64,000 bases of DNA from a virus (taxonomy: Duplodnaviria; Heunggongvirae; Uroviricota; Caudoviricetes): IMG/VR virus record IMGVR_UViG_3300002220_006883; one strand, 5' to 3'. This document shows positions 22,734 through 32,499 of this stretch, piece by piece. The notes under the pieces were generated by a model. That model saw only the letters and a list, made by a program, of their open reading frames with translations, was not told the DNA's origin and made no database searches. The position numbers were made by a program, and so were the translations under genes. Every line of letters starts with the position of its first letter. The first letter of the stretch is position 1.

Positions 22734-23552
22734 TTAAAATTTTGTTTTTAATTTTGGTTTATTGTTTGCAGAATATTCTTCTGTTTTAGCTACAACTTTA
22801 TCATAAAATTGTTTCCATTTTTCTAATTCAGCAACATCATCTGGATCATTTAAATCATAATCTTCAATAGTTTCTTCATCATATGCAGGAAGAATCATTT
22901 CAAATGGTTGGTAGCCATTACCATCTTTTAATGTAGGGTTTGCACCTAATTCCATTAGTTTATCAAAAGATTTTTCTTTACCATGTCCACAAGCATAATG
23001 CATTACAGTTTGATCTGTAGATAAAAAGTTTTTTTCATTAACATTAAAGTTACACTCTTTAACTAAAAATTCCATCACTTCTGTAGATTGAGACATAGTA
23101 GCATAAAATAAACCAGTATTGCCCATTCCATCAGTATGAGTTACATCAACAGGGTTATGTGGGTTACTAATAAGATAAGATACAATATCTTTATTCGGAA
23201 TTTCACATGCTTTTAAAAAAGTATTTTCGCCATTTTTCATATAGGCATTAGGATTTGCTCCGTTTTTTAATGCAAATTCTAAAAACTCCATAGCACCTGG
23301 TAATAATTCATTAGTAAGTTCTTCTTCATCTTTTTCATTTTTTATTCTTTTAACTGCATATTGTGGAAAAAAGAATAAAAGATTATCAAATTCAGAGATT
23401 GGATCTTTTGATGTGGTTTTAGCAAAAGCTTTTAATTCATCAGTAGATTTCATTTTTTCTAAATCTTCTAATAATACTTCAAAATCTCCAGCTTTTAACA
23501 TTGCCCCTAAACTTTTATAGGTTTTTTTAACTTTTGGTTGGTTGTCACTCAT
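22734..23552 (-). CDS. ankyrin-repeat protein
   Basis: ANK-like repeats (…GANPNAY…, …GNTGLFYA…, …GANPTLKDGNG…). Confidence 0.65.
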   Translation of the reverse strand: MSDNQPKVKKTYKSLGAMLKAGDFEVLLEDLEKMKSTDELKAFAKTTSKDPISEFDNLLFFFPQYAVKRIKNEKDEEELTNELLPGAMEFLEFALKNGANPNAYMKNGENTFLKACEIPNKDIVSYLISNPHNPVDVTHTDGMGNTGLFYATMSQSTEVMEFLVKECNFNVNEKNFLSTDQTVMHYACGHGKEKSFDKLMELGANPTLKDGNGYQPFEMILPAYDEETIEDYDLNDPDDVAELEKWKQFYDKVVAKTEEYSANNKPKLKTKF

Positions 23553-23611
23553 TTGGTTTTTCCTTTTTAATTGATATAATTAATTATAACAATAATAAGA
23601 AAAAAAACAAA

Positions 23612-26332
23612 ATGAATTTTAAAATAAGAAAATCAGATAAAGCAAAGTTAGTTAGATCATTATTTGGGGCGATAAAAAGAGACAACATTAAAAGATTTGA
23701 AGAGTTAATAAATAACCATAGTTGGTTATTAGATTTTAAAAACAATAAACGTGAAAATATATTATTTTATGCTTTTGAAAACAATAGTAAAAAAATAATT
23801 GATTATGTTATAGAAAAAAAACCTAACTTTTTAAAAGAAAAAAACATTCTTAATATAAATATAATTCACGAATTGATATCTAAAAATTACCCGATAGATT
23901 ATTTTATAGAGAAACTTCACTTGTGGACTGAAGAAGAAAAAAATGTTCTTTTTTCAAATTGTGATCCCCAAGGTAATAATCTCTTATTAATGTCTGCAAA
24001 AAGTGGTAAAAAAGAAATATTGGATAAAGTAATAGAAATTTGTCCAGATTTTAAATTATATCAAAAGCATTCTAATTTTTATGGACAAAATATAGCACAT
24101 TTAATGTCTATTCATATGAAATCACAGTATGGTGATATATCTGAAATCTTAATGCCTGAGTTAATGATTCAATTAGATAATATCAATGGGTTTTCTCCAA
24201 TTATGTTATCTGCATATTATCAAGGCTCTAGAAACTTTATATCTTTTTTTAAATTATCCCCTAATAGTCAAAAATCATTTTTAGATAATGAATTAATTCA
24301 TTTTGCTGCTAATAATCCAAATATAAGAGTAATGCAATTTTTAATTGAAAATAAAATGTACTCCAATAATTTAAATAAATATGGTCAAACCCCTCTTAAT
24401 ATTGCATTATCAAAAGGATATTCTCACATAGCAAAAGAAATTTTATCATATAATGAAGATATAAATAAGGATGATTTTGTAATATCTGCAAAAATTGCAG
24501 ATAAAGATAATATTTTATTTGATGAAATATTAAATTTAAAGGTTCATAAAGAATTATCTCAAGAAGATAAAAATAAGTTTTTAGAAATGTTATTTTTACA
24601 TGGAAAATATAATGCAATTATTCAAGTAAAGGAAAATAAAAATACAGAACATTTTTTCAATGAAAATATTAATTTTTCTAGTTTGTTTACCAAAACAGTA
24701 GTAGGTAAAAAAGATATGAATAATAAAATTGATTTATTATTAGCAAATAAAGATAAATTAAACAAAGAAGAGGTTAAATCAGTATTTAAAGCATTAGAAA
24801 AGCTACCATCAAATCAAATTTTATCTATAATTAAAAAATCAACTTTGTTATCAAAAATAAAACAAGAAGATAATGTGGCATTAATTGCTTTAAGTTTAGA
24901 AAAAGGTATAAATCCATATTTGATAAGCAATACATTATCTTTACCAGTTAATGATGAATTGCAAAGCATAATAAAACAATCATTAAAAAATACTAAAAAT
25001 ATAGAAGAAGAAAAGCATTTAGGAAATATTGAATATTGGCTTGTATTATTTAAAGATAAAAAAATAGTGTTAAAACATTATGGAATGATCGCTGCTAAAT
25101 CAAAAGATCCATTTCATTTTATAGATGAAAAATTTAATTTCTTACCTAAAGAACAAAAAAAGGATTTAGTGTATTATACTATAACAGCACTATTTAAGAA
25201 AAATGAAGATATTTCAGAAAAGTCTATTAAAATTATAGAACAATACCCTAATTTATTGAGCAATGTGTATAGCGGAATCCTTAAAGTTGGAAAAATACCT
25301 TGCAATAAAAAATTAATAGAAATTTTAACAACCATAGAAAAACCAGTTATAAGTTCTAATGAGTTGGGTTATTTTTTCAACAAAACAAACGATAAGCATC
25401 AACAAGCTATTAATGTTGTAAAAGATACAATTAACTTATTTAATTTTAAAGATATCAAAAATATGCAGGAGTTTTGTCAACTATTAATATCAAATCAACA
25501 TCATCAAGAAATATTAGATTTAATTATAGATAAGGTTCAAGATAAAGATATTTTTATTGAAGCATATTTAAATAATGCAATAAACTTAAACAATACAGAT
25601 GAAATAATAAAACTAGTAATGCAACATTCAAATAGTAATGAAATTGCAAAAAATCTAATTTTGAAATCCATTCAAGATGATAATTTCAATAATGTAGAGT
25701 TATTAAAAGGGTTAAATAATACAAAATTAACCAAAGAAGACATATTAATTTTGGCTCAATCTTTTATAGATGACTCCAATTATTTTTCATGTGTAAAATT
25801 GCAAAAATGTTTTGAAGATAAATTTGACATAAACAAATTAGATTTAACTAAAATAAATTGGGAGAAAATAGAATTAAATTGCTCCACAATGAACAAAGAT
25901 GAAAGTTTTTTTGATTTTTTAAGTATAAATCAAGCTAAAATAACAGAAAAGAACTTAGAAAATATGAACAATAAATTTATGTTACAAATACGAGATAAAA
26001 ATATATCGTTTACAACTATTGATAAGTATTTACATTCTTTAAATAATTCAATTCATAAAATAGAACCATATGCTATGTTTGAAATTTGTTCTTATGTGTT
26101 GGAAAGACAGTTTTTAAATAATCCTATGGCTCAATTTCTATCTCAAAAAACTTTTGAAAGTATCTTTGATTTGGTTGCAAAAAGTACAAAGGGGGATTTA
26201 TTTGAAAAACTACAAAATCATAAACATTATCAAATTATTGATATAACTTCTAGAGTAATTATGGATAAAGAGATTTTAGAAAGTGATTTAAAAATAAAAC
26301 CAAGCAAAAATAAAAAAATTAATAAAATTTAA
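23612..26332 (+). CDS. large ankyrin-repeat-containing protein (about 907 aa from the ATG)
   Basis: multiple ANK-like repeats in the N-terminal half; the ORF-track start at 23534 is TTG, and I prefer the in-frame ATG (MNFKIRK). Confidence 0.55.
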   Translation: MNFKIRKSDKAKLVRSLFGAIKRDNIKRFEELINNHSWLLDFKNNKRENILFYAFENNSKKIIDYVIEKKPNFLKEKNILNINIIHELISKNYPIDYFIEKLHLWTEEEKNVLFSNCDPQGNNLLLMSAKSGKKEILDKVIEICPDFKLYQKHSNFYGQNIAHLMSIHMKSQYGDISEILMPELMIQLDNINGFSPIMLSAYYQGSRNFISFFKLSPNSQKSFLDNELIHFAANNPNIRVMQFLIENKMYSNNLNKYGQTPLNIALSKGYSHIAKEILSYNEDINKDDFVISAKIADKDNILFDEILNLKVHKELSQEDKNKFLEMLFLHGKYNAIIQVKENKNTEHFFNENINFSSLFTKTVVGKKDMNNKIDLLLANKDKLNKEEVKSVFKALEKLPSNQILSIIKKSTLLSKIKQEDNVALIALSLEKGINPYLISNTLSLPVNDELQSIIKQSLKNTKNIEEEKHLGNIEYWLVLFKDKKIVLKHYGMIAAKSKDPFHFIDEKFNFLPKEQKKDLVYYTITALFKKNEDISEKSIKIIEQYPNLLSNVYSGILKVGKIPCNKKLIEILTTIEKPVISSNELGYFFNKTNDKHQQAINVVKDTINLFNFKDIKNMQEFCQLLISNQHHQEILDLIIDKVQDKDIFIEAYLNNAINLNNTDEIIKLVMQHSNSNEIAKNLILKSIQDDNFNNVELLKGLNNTKLTKEDILILAQSFIDDSNYFSCVKLQKCFEDKFDINKLDLTKINWEKIELNCSTMNKDESFFDFLSINQAKITEKNLENMNNKFMLQIRDKNISFTTIDKYLHSLNNSIHKIEPYAMFEICSYVLERQFLNNPMAQFLSQKTFESIFDLVAKSTKGDLFEKLQNHKHYQIIDITSRVIMDKEILESDLKIKPSKNKKINKI

Positions 26333-26361
26333 TAAAGAAGAGCTAAATGCTCTTCTTTATT

Positions 26362-26754
26362 TTATTGTGCTGGTGAGTTAATGGCAGAAATTATTTTTTT
26401 AAATTCTTTTGAAAATAACTCACACTCAATTTTGGTATTATTTTTACCTCTAGTTTGAGCCATTTCAACATTTTCTTTAAATAAATTTTTAAGTGTGGAC
26501 ATTTGAACATTATTAATGCCAACTACTTGTAAATTTTTAAATAATTTATTTTCTATTAATTTGTATTCAAACTCTGGAAAGTTACAAGATTTTGCATAAC
26601 CAACAATTGCACCACTATATTCTACATTTTTTCTTGCGATGTTTAACTTCATTTGATCCTCTAAGCTAGAGCCATTACCTGGTGTACCTATGTCAATTTG
26701 TGCATTAGCAAAGCTAGAAAAACCTAGCAATAATGTTAAAATTATTTTGTTCAT
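26362..26754 (-). CDS. secreted hypothetical protein
   Basis: signal peptide MNKIILTLLLGFSSFANA. Confidence 0.5.
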   Translation of the reverse strand: MNKIILTLLLGFSSFANAQIDIGTPGNGSSLEDQMKLNIARKNVEYSGAIVGYAKSCNFPEFEYKLIENKLFKNLQVVGINNVQMSTLKNLFKENVEMAQTRGKNNTKIECELFSKEFKKIISAINSPAQ

Positions 26755-26763
26755 TTTTTCTCC

Positions 26764-27648
26764 TTAAATAATACTAAAATTATCATTAATTTCTTGATGG
26801 AATAATTTTGTATTCAAAACTTTGTTATAATCCTCTAACATTCTTTTGTAAAGCCTGCTAGTAGGTAAATCATCTTTATTTTTTAATTCAAGAGCTTTAT
26901 TTAATTCCAACTCTAATAGTTTTTTTTGCTTTTTAATGAAATTTTCAGCCAATGATTGATCTATTAAATTATATTGGATTGCTGCTTGTAAAATAAAAAT
27001 TACATCAGTAATAACTAAAGCATTCTTTTGCATAGCATCGAATAATGCTTTAAAATGATTATTCTTTTTATCTTCACCTTGCATAGATAAGTATTCAATA
27101 TACTTATCCGTGATATTTCTAATATTTAATATTTCTTGGTGATATAAAGCACTTTGAGAAGGATTATATAAGTCATTGTTTTTATAAACTAATGGACTTG
27201 GTTTATCAAAAGAACACTGCCAACCTTTACTTTCAGCTTGCTCTTTAAAAAAATTAATAGTTTTCCATTGATCTTGTTCATCAAAAAAAGCACTAAAAGG
27301 ACTTAATCTACAAGTAATAGGTCTTTCTCCATAAATTTGACATAAATTATCCTTTAATTGATCACAAGTTTTATGACTAATAAATTGAATTGGCATAAAA
27401 TCAATGAAATAAAATAAAGATGCTTCAAGCTCAGGCATCATGATGGTGTGACCAATAATCTGATAATGTAAAGACAACGATTTATCTAATGGAGTGGAGG
27501 CATGAGATATCATAGTATGATGAGCAGTTTGAAAGATAAACTTATCTGCTAAATCTAACATCTCATAAAAATTTACTCTAGGTGGTTTGTCACAACACTT
27601 TCCACATTGAGTACAAGAAAAATGAATATCTTGATTACTAGTAAACAT
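26764..27648 (-). CDS. YkgJ-type cysteine-cluster (CxxCxxCC) protein
   Basis: N-terminal CTQCGKCC motif. Confidence 0.5.
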   Translation of the reverse strand: MFTSNQDIHFSCTQCGKCCDKPPRVNFYEMLDLADKFIFQTAHHTMISHASTPLDKSLSLHYQIIGHTIMMPELEASLFYFIDFMPIQFISHKTCDQLKDNLCQIYGERPITCRLSPFSAFFDEQDQWKTINFFKEQAESKGWQCSFDKPSPLVYKNNDLYNPSQSALYHQEILNIRNITDKYIEYLSMQGEDKKNNHFKALFDAMQKNALVITDVIFILQAAIQYNLIDQSLAENFIKKQKKLLELELNKALELKNKDDLPTSRLYKRMLEDYNKVLNTKLFHQEINDNFSII

Positions 27649-27872
27649 AAAATTAACCTTATATAAGAAATTAAGTTTTATATTAAAAAGTTAAAAAAGT
27701 CAATATTTTTTAAAATAATCAAAATTAATTAAGCCATTATTAATAAGTCCAATATTTTTAAAATTATTGAAGCTTTTATCGTAATTTGATGAAATTGATT
27801 GTTGATTTATTGAATAAAAATTAACAATCAGATTCTGGAATTTTTTATCAAAATCAATAACTGAATTGATGG

Positions 27873-28214
27873 TTAAATTTTGATTATACAGACTTCAATA
27901 ATATCTGAAACAATAAATAAATTATTATGAAATTTCAAAACAAAAGTAGGAATTTCTTGTTTTTTGTCAATTTTTAAAAAATCATAAGTTCCATAACGAT
28001 AGGTAATTCCATTATAGGTATTTGTAAAAATAAAATCTTTAAATTCAGTATTCAATCTACTTTTATTAAACTTAAAATTTAAATAGGAATTCAACTCTCT
28101 ATTCTCAATTAAGAACTCATTAATTTCTTTAATATCTAAATTACCATCTATATAATTTTTTTGAAAATCAAATATTTCTTTATTGCTATTGAAAGCTTTT
28201 TTTATCATTTTCAC
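27873..28214 (-). CDS. hypothetical small protein, translationally coupled to the exonuclease
   Basis: start overlaps the upstream stop by 4 nt (ATGA). Confidence 0.45.
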   Translation of the reverse strand: MKMIKKAFNSNKEIFDFQKNYIDGNLDIKEINEFLIENRELNSYLNFKFNKSRLNTEFKDFIFTNTYNGITYRYGTYDFLKIDKKQEIPTFVLKFHNNLFIVSDIIEVCIIKI

Positions 28215-29092
28215 CTTTTCTTTGATAAGGCACTAGATACGCTTTTCCAATCTTTCACCTTTTCTTCGATAAGTAACCCATTAGGATCAATATCATTGTT
28301 TTTAAGATGATACTCAATAGTATATTTTAAATCTGGATCTATTTTCATTGATCCTTTATGAACTTCTCTAAGAAGCCATGCAAACCAATTTCTTGGACTT
28401 TTGGCTTCTTCAGCAACGGCTTCAGATATTAAGCGATCTTTAAATTTACCAAAGTTCATTTTCTCAACCATAATCGGAGCATTAATAAAATCCAATAATT
28501 CCCCTAATGTAGTTGCGTTAGTTCGTTCTAAAAATTGATTTAAAGTATGATGAAAAACTTCACCTGTAACCAAGATATCTGCTGCTGCACGATGAGCTTG
28601 TAATCCCATAGTATCTATTTTAATACCAAGCCAATATCTTAATTCTTGAGATTTATGACTTCTTAAGTCATGTCCTTTATATCCAATATCCCCAATTTTA
28701 AAAATTTGTCTAGCAAAACGAAGAGTATCCAGCTTCAAGTTAGGCATAGTTTGCAATACTGGTAACATATTTAAATCAAATGCAATATTGTGAGCTACTA
28801 GAACACTATCTCCGATATAATCTAAAAATTCAGGAAGAATTTCATCTAAAGTGGGTTTTCCTTCTACTTCTTCATCTTCAATACCATGAACTGCAACAGC
28901 AGAAGGGTGAATAGACATTTTAGGATCAACTAACCAAGATTTAGGAATTTCTAAAAAGCTTTTTTCTAAGTTCCAACGAACTCCAGCAACTTCGATTGGC
29001 TTATCTTCTCGTTTTGTATTGTCACCTGTTGTTTCAGTATCAAATACAGCAAAAATAACATCTTTTATTGGGGTGTCTAATTTGGTAGTCAT
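28211..29092 (-). CDS. DEDDh 3'-5' exonuclease (DnaQ-like) with C-terminal extension
   Basis: Exo I FDTETTG, Exo II AHNIAFD, Exo III HRAAADIL; ~90 aa C-terminal domain (…FGKFKDRLISE…WFAWLL…). Confidence 0.8.
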   Translation of the reverse strand: MTTKLDTPIKDVIFAVFDTETTGDNTKREDKPIEVAGVRWNLEKSFLEIPKSWLVDPKMSIHPSAVAVHGIEDEEVEGKPTLDEILPEFLDYIGDSVLVAHNIAFDLNMLPVLQTMPNLKLDTLRFARQIFKIGDIGYKGHDLRSHKSQELRYWLGIKIDTMGLQAHRAAADILVTGEVFHHTLNQFLERTNATTLGELLDFINAPIMVEKMNFGKFKDRLISEAVAEEAKSPRNWFAWLLREVHKGSMKIDPDLKYTIEYHLKNNDIDPNGLLIEEKVKDWKSVSSALSKKR

Positions 29093-29287
29093 AAATTCTC
29101 CTAGCTAGTGTTGGAATTATACCATAAAATATTAAAATTGGGTTATAAATCATTAACTTATGGTTTAATCTTATATAATATTATAAATTAGTCAAGTATT
29201 TGGTTTATTATATTCATTTTGTCTATATTATTAAGTTTGACTTTTAAACTAAATATTGTATGTTTTTTTGATTAAAGGGATGTTAAA

Positions 29288-29644
29288 ATGAGTGAAATTA
29301 AAGATAATAATTTAGAAATAAAAGACTCTAAGGTTTTATCTAATACTTATAAAAAAAATGATATTTTAAATTTAATTGATAAATTAAACTTTTTAAACGA
29401 AAGTAACAATAAAGCTTTTGAAGATTTTATAAGTGATGGAACAGTAACTATAGAAGACTTAAAAACAGTTTGGAAAACTAAAGAAAAGCTATTTAAATTA
29501 AAGGAGCAAGCTCTTCATGCAATATTTGATTTAGAACGAGAAGAAATAACAGGTATATCGAAAAATAAAACTAAAAATGGAACAACTGTAATAAATGAAG
29601 TTTCTTGTGAAATAGAGATATTCTTAGAGTCAAATATTAAATAA
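29288..29644 (+). CDS. hypothetical protein
   Basis: 118 aa ORF followed by a terminator. Confidence 0.45.
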   Translation: MSEIKDNNLEIKDSKVLSNTYKKNDILNLIDKLNFLNESNNKAFEDFISDGTVTIEDLKTVWKTKEKLFKLKEQALHAIFDLEREEITGISKNKTKNGTTVINEVSCEIEIFLESNIK

Positions 29645-29664
29645 TATGTAAAGGTAAAAAAAGA

Positions 29665-29696
29665 AAAAGCATAAGTTTGGAACTTATGCTTTTTTA
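29665..29696. terminator. bidirectional terminator
   Basis: AAAAGCATAAGTTTGGAACTTATGCTTTTTT between convergent genes. Confidence 0.7.
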
Positions 29697-29715
29697 TTGA
29701 TTAGACATTAGAGAA

Positions 29716-30783
29716 TTAAATGTCTAAATTTTCTTTCCAAGAACTTTCTAAATCAATATCAGTAATATCATTGATAACACTTGCTGATAAATAACTTGAA
29801 ATTTCAACTTCTTGGGGAGCAACTTGAGTATTTGTATTAGTAAAGTGTTTTTCAACCCAAGGAAGTGGATGATTACCTTTATATCCAGTATCATTACTTA
29901 AGTTAATTGCTTTCATTCTGCGAGCTAACAAGTAATCAACATAATCACATAACATTTTTTCATTTAAACCTAAAACTGGACCATTTTTAAATAAATATTT
30001 GGCCCACTCTTTTTCTTGTTCTCCAGCAGCTAAAAAGATTTCACGTGCTTTATCTTCATTATCTCTAATAATTTGTTCAAATTCTGGATCATCTTTAGGT
30101 AAAAGCTTAATAATGTGTTGAGTTAATGCTAAATGTTCAGCTTCATCACGAGCAATTAATTTAACAATTTTAGCAGAACCTTCAACCATACCTCTCTCTA
30201 AGAAAGAAAAAGTGCAAGCAAAAGAAACATAAAAACGAACAGCCTCTAAAGCATTAGATGCAATTAATGCTAAATATAAATTTTGTTTGGTTGGGTTTGT
30301 AACAAATAAATCATAAGCATCAGTAACAGCAGTAGCACAATCAGCAATTTCTTTAATGTTTGGTAAGTCATCAAAAACTGCACTTGGATCTGGATAAATC
30401 GCACGAATAATATGTGTATATGATTCACTATGAATACTTTCAAAGAATCCCCAAGTTAAAATACAATTTTCTAAACTTGGATCAGTGCAATGTGGTAAGA
30501 AAACCAAACCTGGAGCACGTCCTTGTACTGAATCTAAAAGAATTTGTCTTTTTAAATTACTAGTGAATACAAATTTTTCACTTTCAGTCATTTTATCAAA
30601 ACTACGTTTTTCTTGGCTCATATCCACTTCGTTTGGACGCCAGAAAAAACCTTGCATTTTTGTATTCATTTTTGTAAAAATAGGATGCTTAACTATGTCA
30701 TAACGAGAAATGCCATGACCAGATTTTCCAAAAAACATACTATCAGATTGAGATGTTAAATTTAAAACAGGTAATTTTTCCAT
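29716..30783 (-). CDS. nrdB: ribonucleotide reductase class Ia beta subunit
   Basis: 355 aa; di-iron/tyrosyl-radical region …FESIHSESYTHIIRAI…. Confidence 0.95.
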   Translation of the reverse strand: MEKLPVLNLTSQSDSMFFGKSGHGISRYDIVKHPIFTKMNTKMQGFFWRPNEVDMSQEKRSFDKMTESEKFVFTSNLKRQILLDSVQGRAPGLVFLPHCTDPSLENCILTWGFFESIHSESYTHIIRAIYPDPSAVFDDLPNIKEIADCATAVTDAYDLFVTNPTKQNLYLALIASNALEAVRFYVSFACTFSFLERGMVEGSAKIVKLIARDEAEHLALTQHIIKLLPKDDPEFEQIIRDNEDKAREIFLAAGEQEKEWAKYLFKNGPVLGLNEKMLCDYVDYLLARRMKAINLSNDTGYKGNHPLPWVEKHFTNTNTQVAPQEVEISSYLSASVINDITDIDLESSWKENLDI

Positions 30784-30916
30784 AATGTTCCTTATAATTT
30801 TTTATAGTTTTTTATTATAGTAAAATTTAACGATAAAATCAATGCCCTTTATTTTTTGAATTATCTTGAATTTTAAAAAAAATAATATAGATTTAAAAAA
30901 ACAAAAAGGAAAAAAT

Positions 30917-31255
30917 ATGAAAAAAATAATACTAATGTCTTTTATTGGATTACTATCTAATGTATCTTTTGCTCAAATTTCAATTGGTGGTGGTAATATC
31001 ACAATAGGTCAGCAACCACAGCAAAAACAAAATCAATATTATGGTGAAGATAGAGATTACCGTGAAAATAAACATGGTCCAAATCATAATGCATCATCAA
31101 GAGCAAAAGAGGTACACGAAAGAAACCGTCAAAGAAAAGAAGATAATGATTGGAATGAAGATAGAGAAAGTAGATATCAAAATAATCAACCACAAAATAA
31201 TGGCATCGTTATAGACAATAATGGAATAAAAATACCTGGTGTAATAATAAAATAA
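30917..31255 (+). CDS. secreted basic Q/N/R-rich small protein
   Basis: SD AAAGGA then ATG; signal peptide MKKIILMSFIGLLSNVSFA; low-complexity mature part. Confidence 0.5.
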   Translation: MKKIILMSFIGLLSNVSFAQISIGGGNITIGQQPQQKQNQYYGEDRDYRENKHGPNHNASSRAKEVHERNRQRKEDNDWNEDRESRYQNNQPQNNGIVIDNNGIKIPGVIIK

Positions 31256-31263
31256 TTGTAATA

Positions 31264-31286
31264 AAAGGACTTCGGTCCTTTTGTTA
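31264..31286 (+). terminator. rho-independent terminator
   Basis: AAAAGGACTTCGGTCCTTTTGTT. Confidence 0.7.
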
Positions 31287-31307
31287 TTTGTAAATTTTGG
31301 AGATAAA

Positions 31308-32462
31308 ATGAAAAAATCTAATATATTGTTAGTCTCAGAAACTTTTTTCCCTGATACTAATGGAGTAGCAATGACTTTAACAAGAATTTCCTTGGCTCTT
31401 AAAAGTGAGGGAAGAGAAATAATCATAGTAAGACCCAAAAAACCAAAAGAAAAAATTGGCTATTCTGTTAATAAAGAAAATGGACTCAAAGAATATTTGG
31501 TTAATTCTTTATCTTTACCAAATTATAAACAAATATATTTAGGCTTTATATCATCTAAGAAAATTAATAAAATAATAGATGAAAATAATATTTCTAAAAT
31601 ATATATAGCAACAGAAGGACCACTAGGAAATAGTGCATTAAAGTCAGCAAAAGAAAAACAAATTGATGTTTATTCTGGATTTCATACAGATTTTGAAAGA
31701 TATTGTGAAGATTATGGGGTTAAGTTTTTATCTAAAATTGTAGGTAATTACCTAAAAGACTTTCACAATAAAACAATAAAAACATTATCTCCATCAAAAG
31801 ATTCTGATCATAAAGCTAATCAAATAGGAATTAATAATGTTTGTAGAATGGGGCGTGGAGTAGATAACAAATTGTTTAATCCAAATAAATATTCAAATGA
31901 ATTTAGATCATCTATCGGAGCAACAAAAGAAGATTTAATTTTAACTTATGTAGGAAGATTAGCAAAAGAAAAAAATTTAAATGAAGTGGTAATTGCATTT
32001 GAAAGTGCTTTAAGAGTCAACCCAAATATTAAACTTCTTTTTGTTGGAGAAGGACCAGAATTAAAATCTTTAAAAAAGAGGGCACCTTATGCTTATTTCA
32101 CTGGAGCTTTGCATGGTGAAGAATTAGCTACTGCATATGCAAGTAGTGATATTTTTTTATTTCCTAGTTTAACAGAAACCTATGGAAATGTTGTAATGGA
32201 AGCCGCCGCTAGTGGGTTAGTAATAGTTTCTTATGCAAAAGCCGCTGCACTTGAATCTTTAGGTAATGAAAATGCTTTATTGGCACCCATTGGAAACTTC
32301 TCACAATTTAGATTAATCGTTGATAAAATAGTCGATAAAAATAAATATGAAATTAGAAATAAATTTAAAAATAATTCAAGAGAAAAGTCACTTAATTATC
32401 CTTGGTCTAAAGCTTTAAATGATTTTAAAGATTCATTAGATATTCAAAAATATGAAGTTTAG
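31308..32462 (+). CDS. GT4-family glycosyltransferase
   Basis: SD GGAG then ATG (MKKSNILLVSE); C-terminal GT1/GT4 EXXXXXXE-like region (…TETYGNVVMEAAASG…). Confidence 0.7.
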   Translation: MKKSNILLVSETFFPDTNGVAMTLTRISLALKSEGREIIIVRPKKPKEKIGYSVNKENGLKEYLVNSLSLPNYKQIYLGFISSKKINKIIDENNISKIYIATEGPLGNSALKSAKEKQIDVYSGFHTDFERYCEDYGVKFLSKIVGNYLKDFHNKTIKTLSPSKDSDHKANQIGINNVCRMGRGVDNKLFNPNKYSNEFRSSIGATKEDLILTYVGRLAKEKNLNEVVIAFESALRVNPNIKLLFVGEGPELKSLKKRAPYAYFTGALHGEELATAYASSDIFLFPSLTETYGNVVMEAAASGLVIVSYAKAAALESLGNENALLAPIGNFSQFRLIVDKIVDKNKYEIRNKFKNNSREKSLNYPWSKALNDFKDSLDIQKYEV

Positions 32463-32499
32463 TTAATAAATAAGGGAACATCCGTAGTTCCCTTATTAT

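Noticed and set aside
23534-23611. N-terminal extension of the 932-aa protein from a TTG at 23534
   Set aside because: The in-frame ATG (MNFKIRK) is the more plausible start; the TTG start would overlap the divergent neighbour's start. My manual reading near 23579-23584 also suggested an in-frame TAA, which I attribute to my own counting error, not to a real frameshift.
24396-24617. ORF antisense to the large ankyrin gene
   Set aside because: Shadow ORF.
30485-31438. ORFs 30485-30703, 30999-31193 and 31097-31438, antisense to nrdB and to the secreted Q/N-rich gene
   Set aside because: They overlap better-supported genes on the opposite strand; no start signals or motifs.
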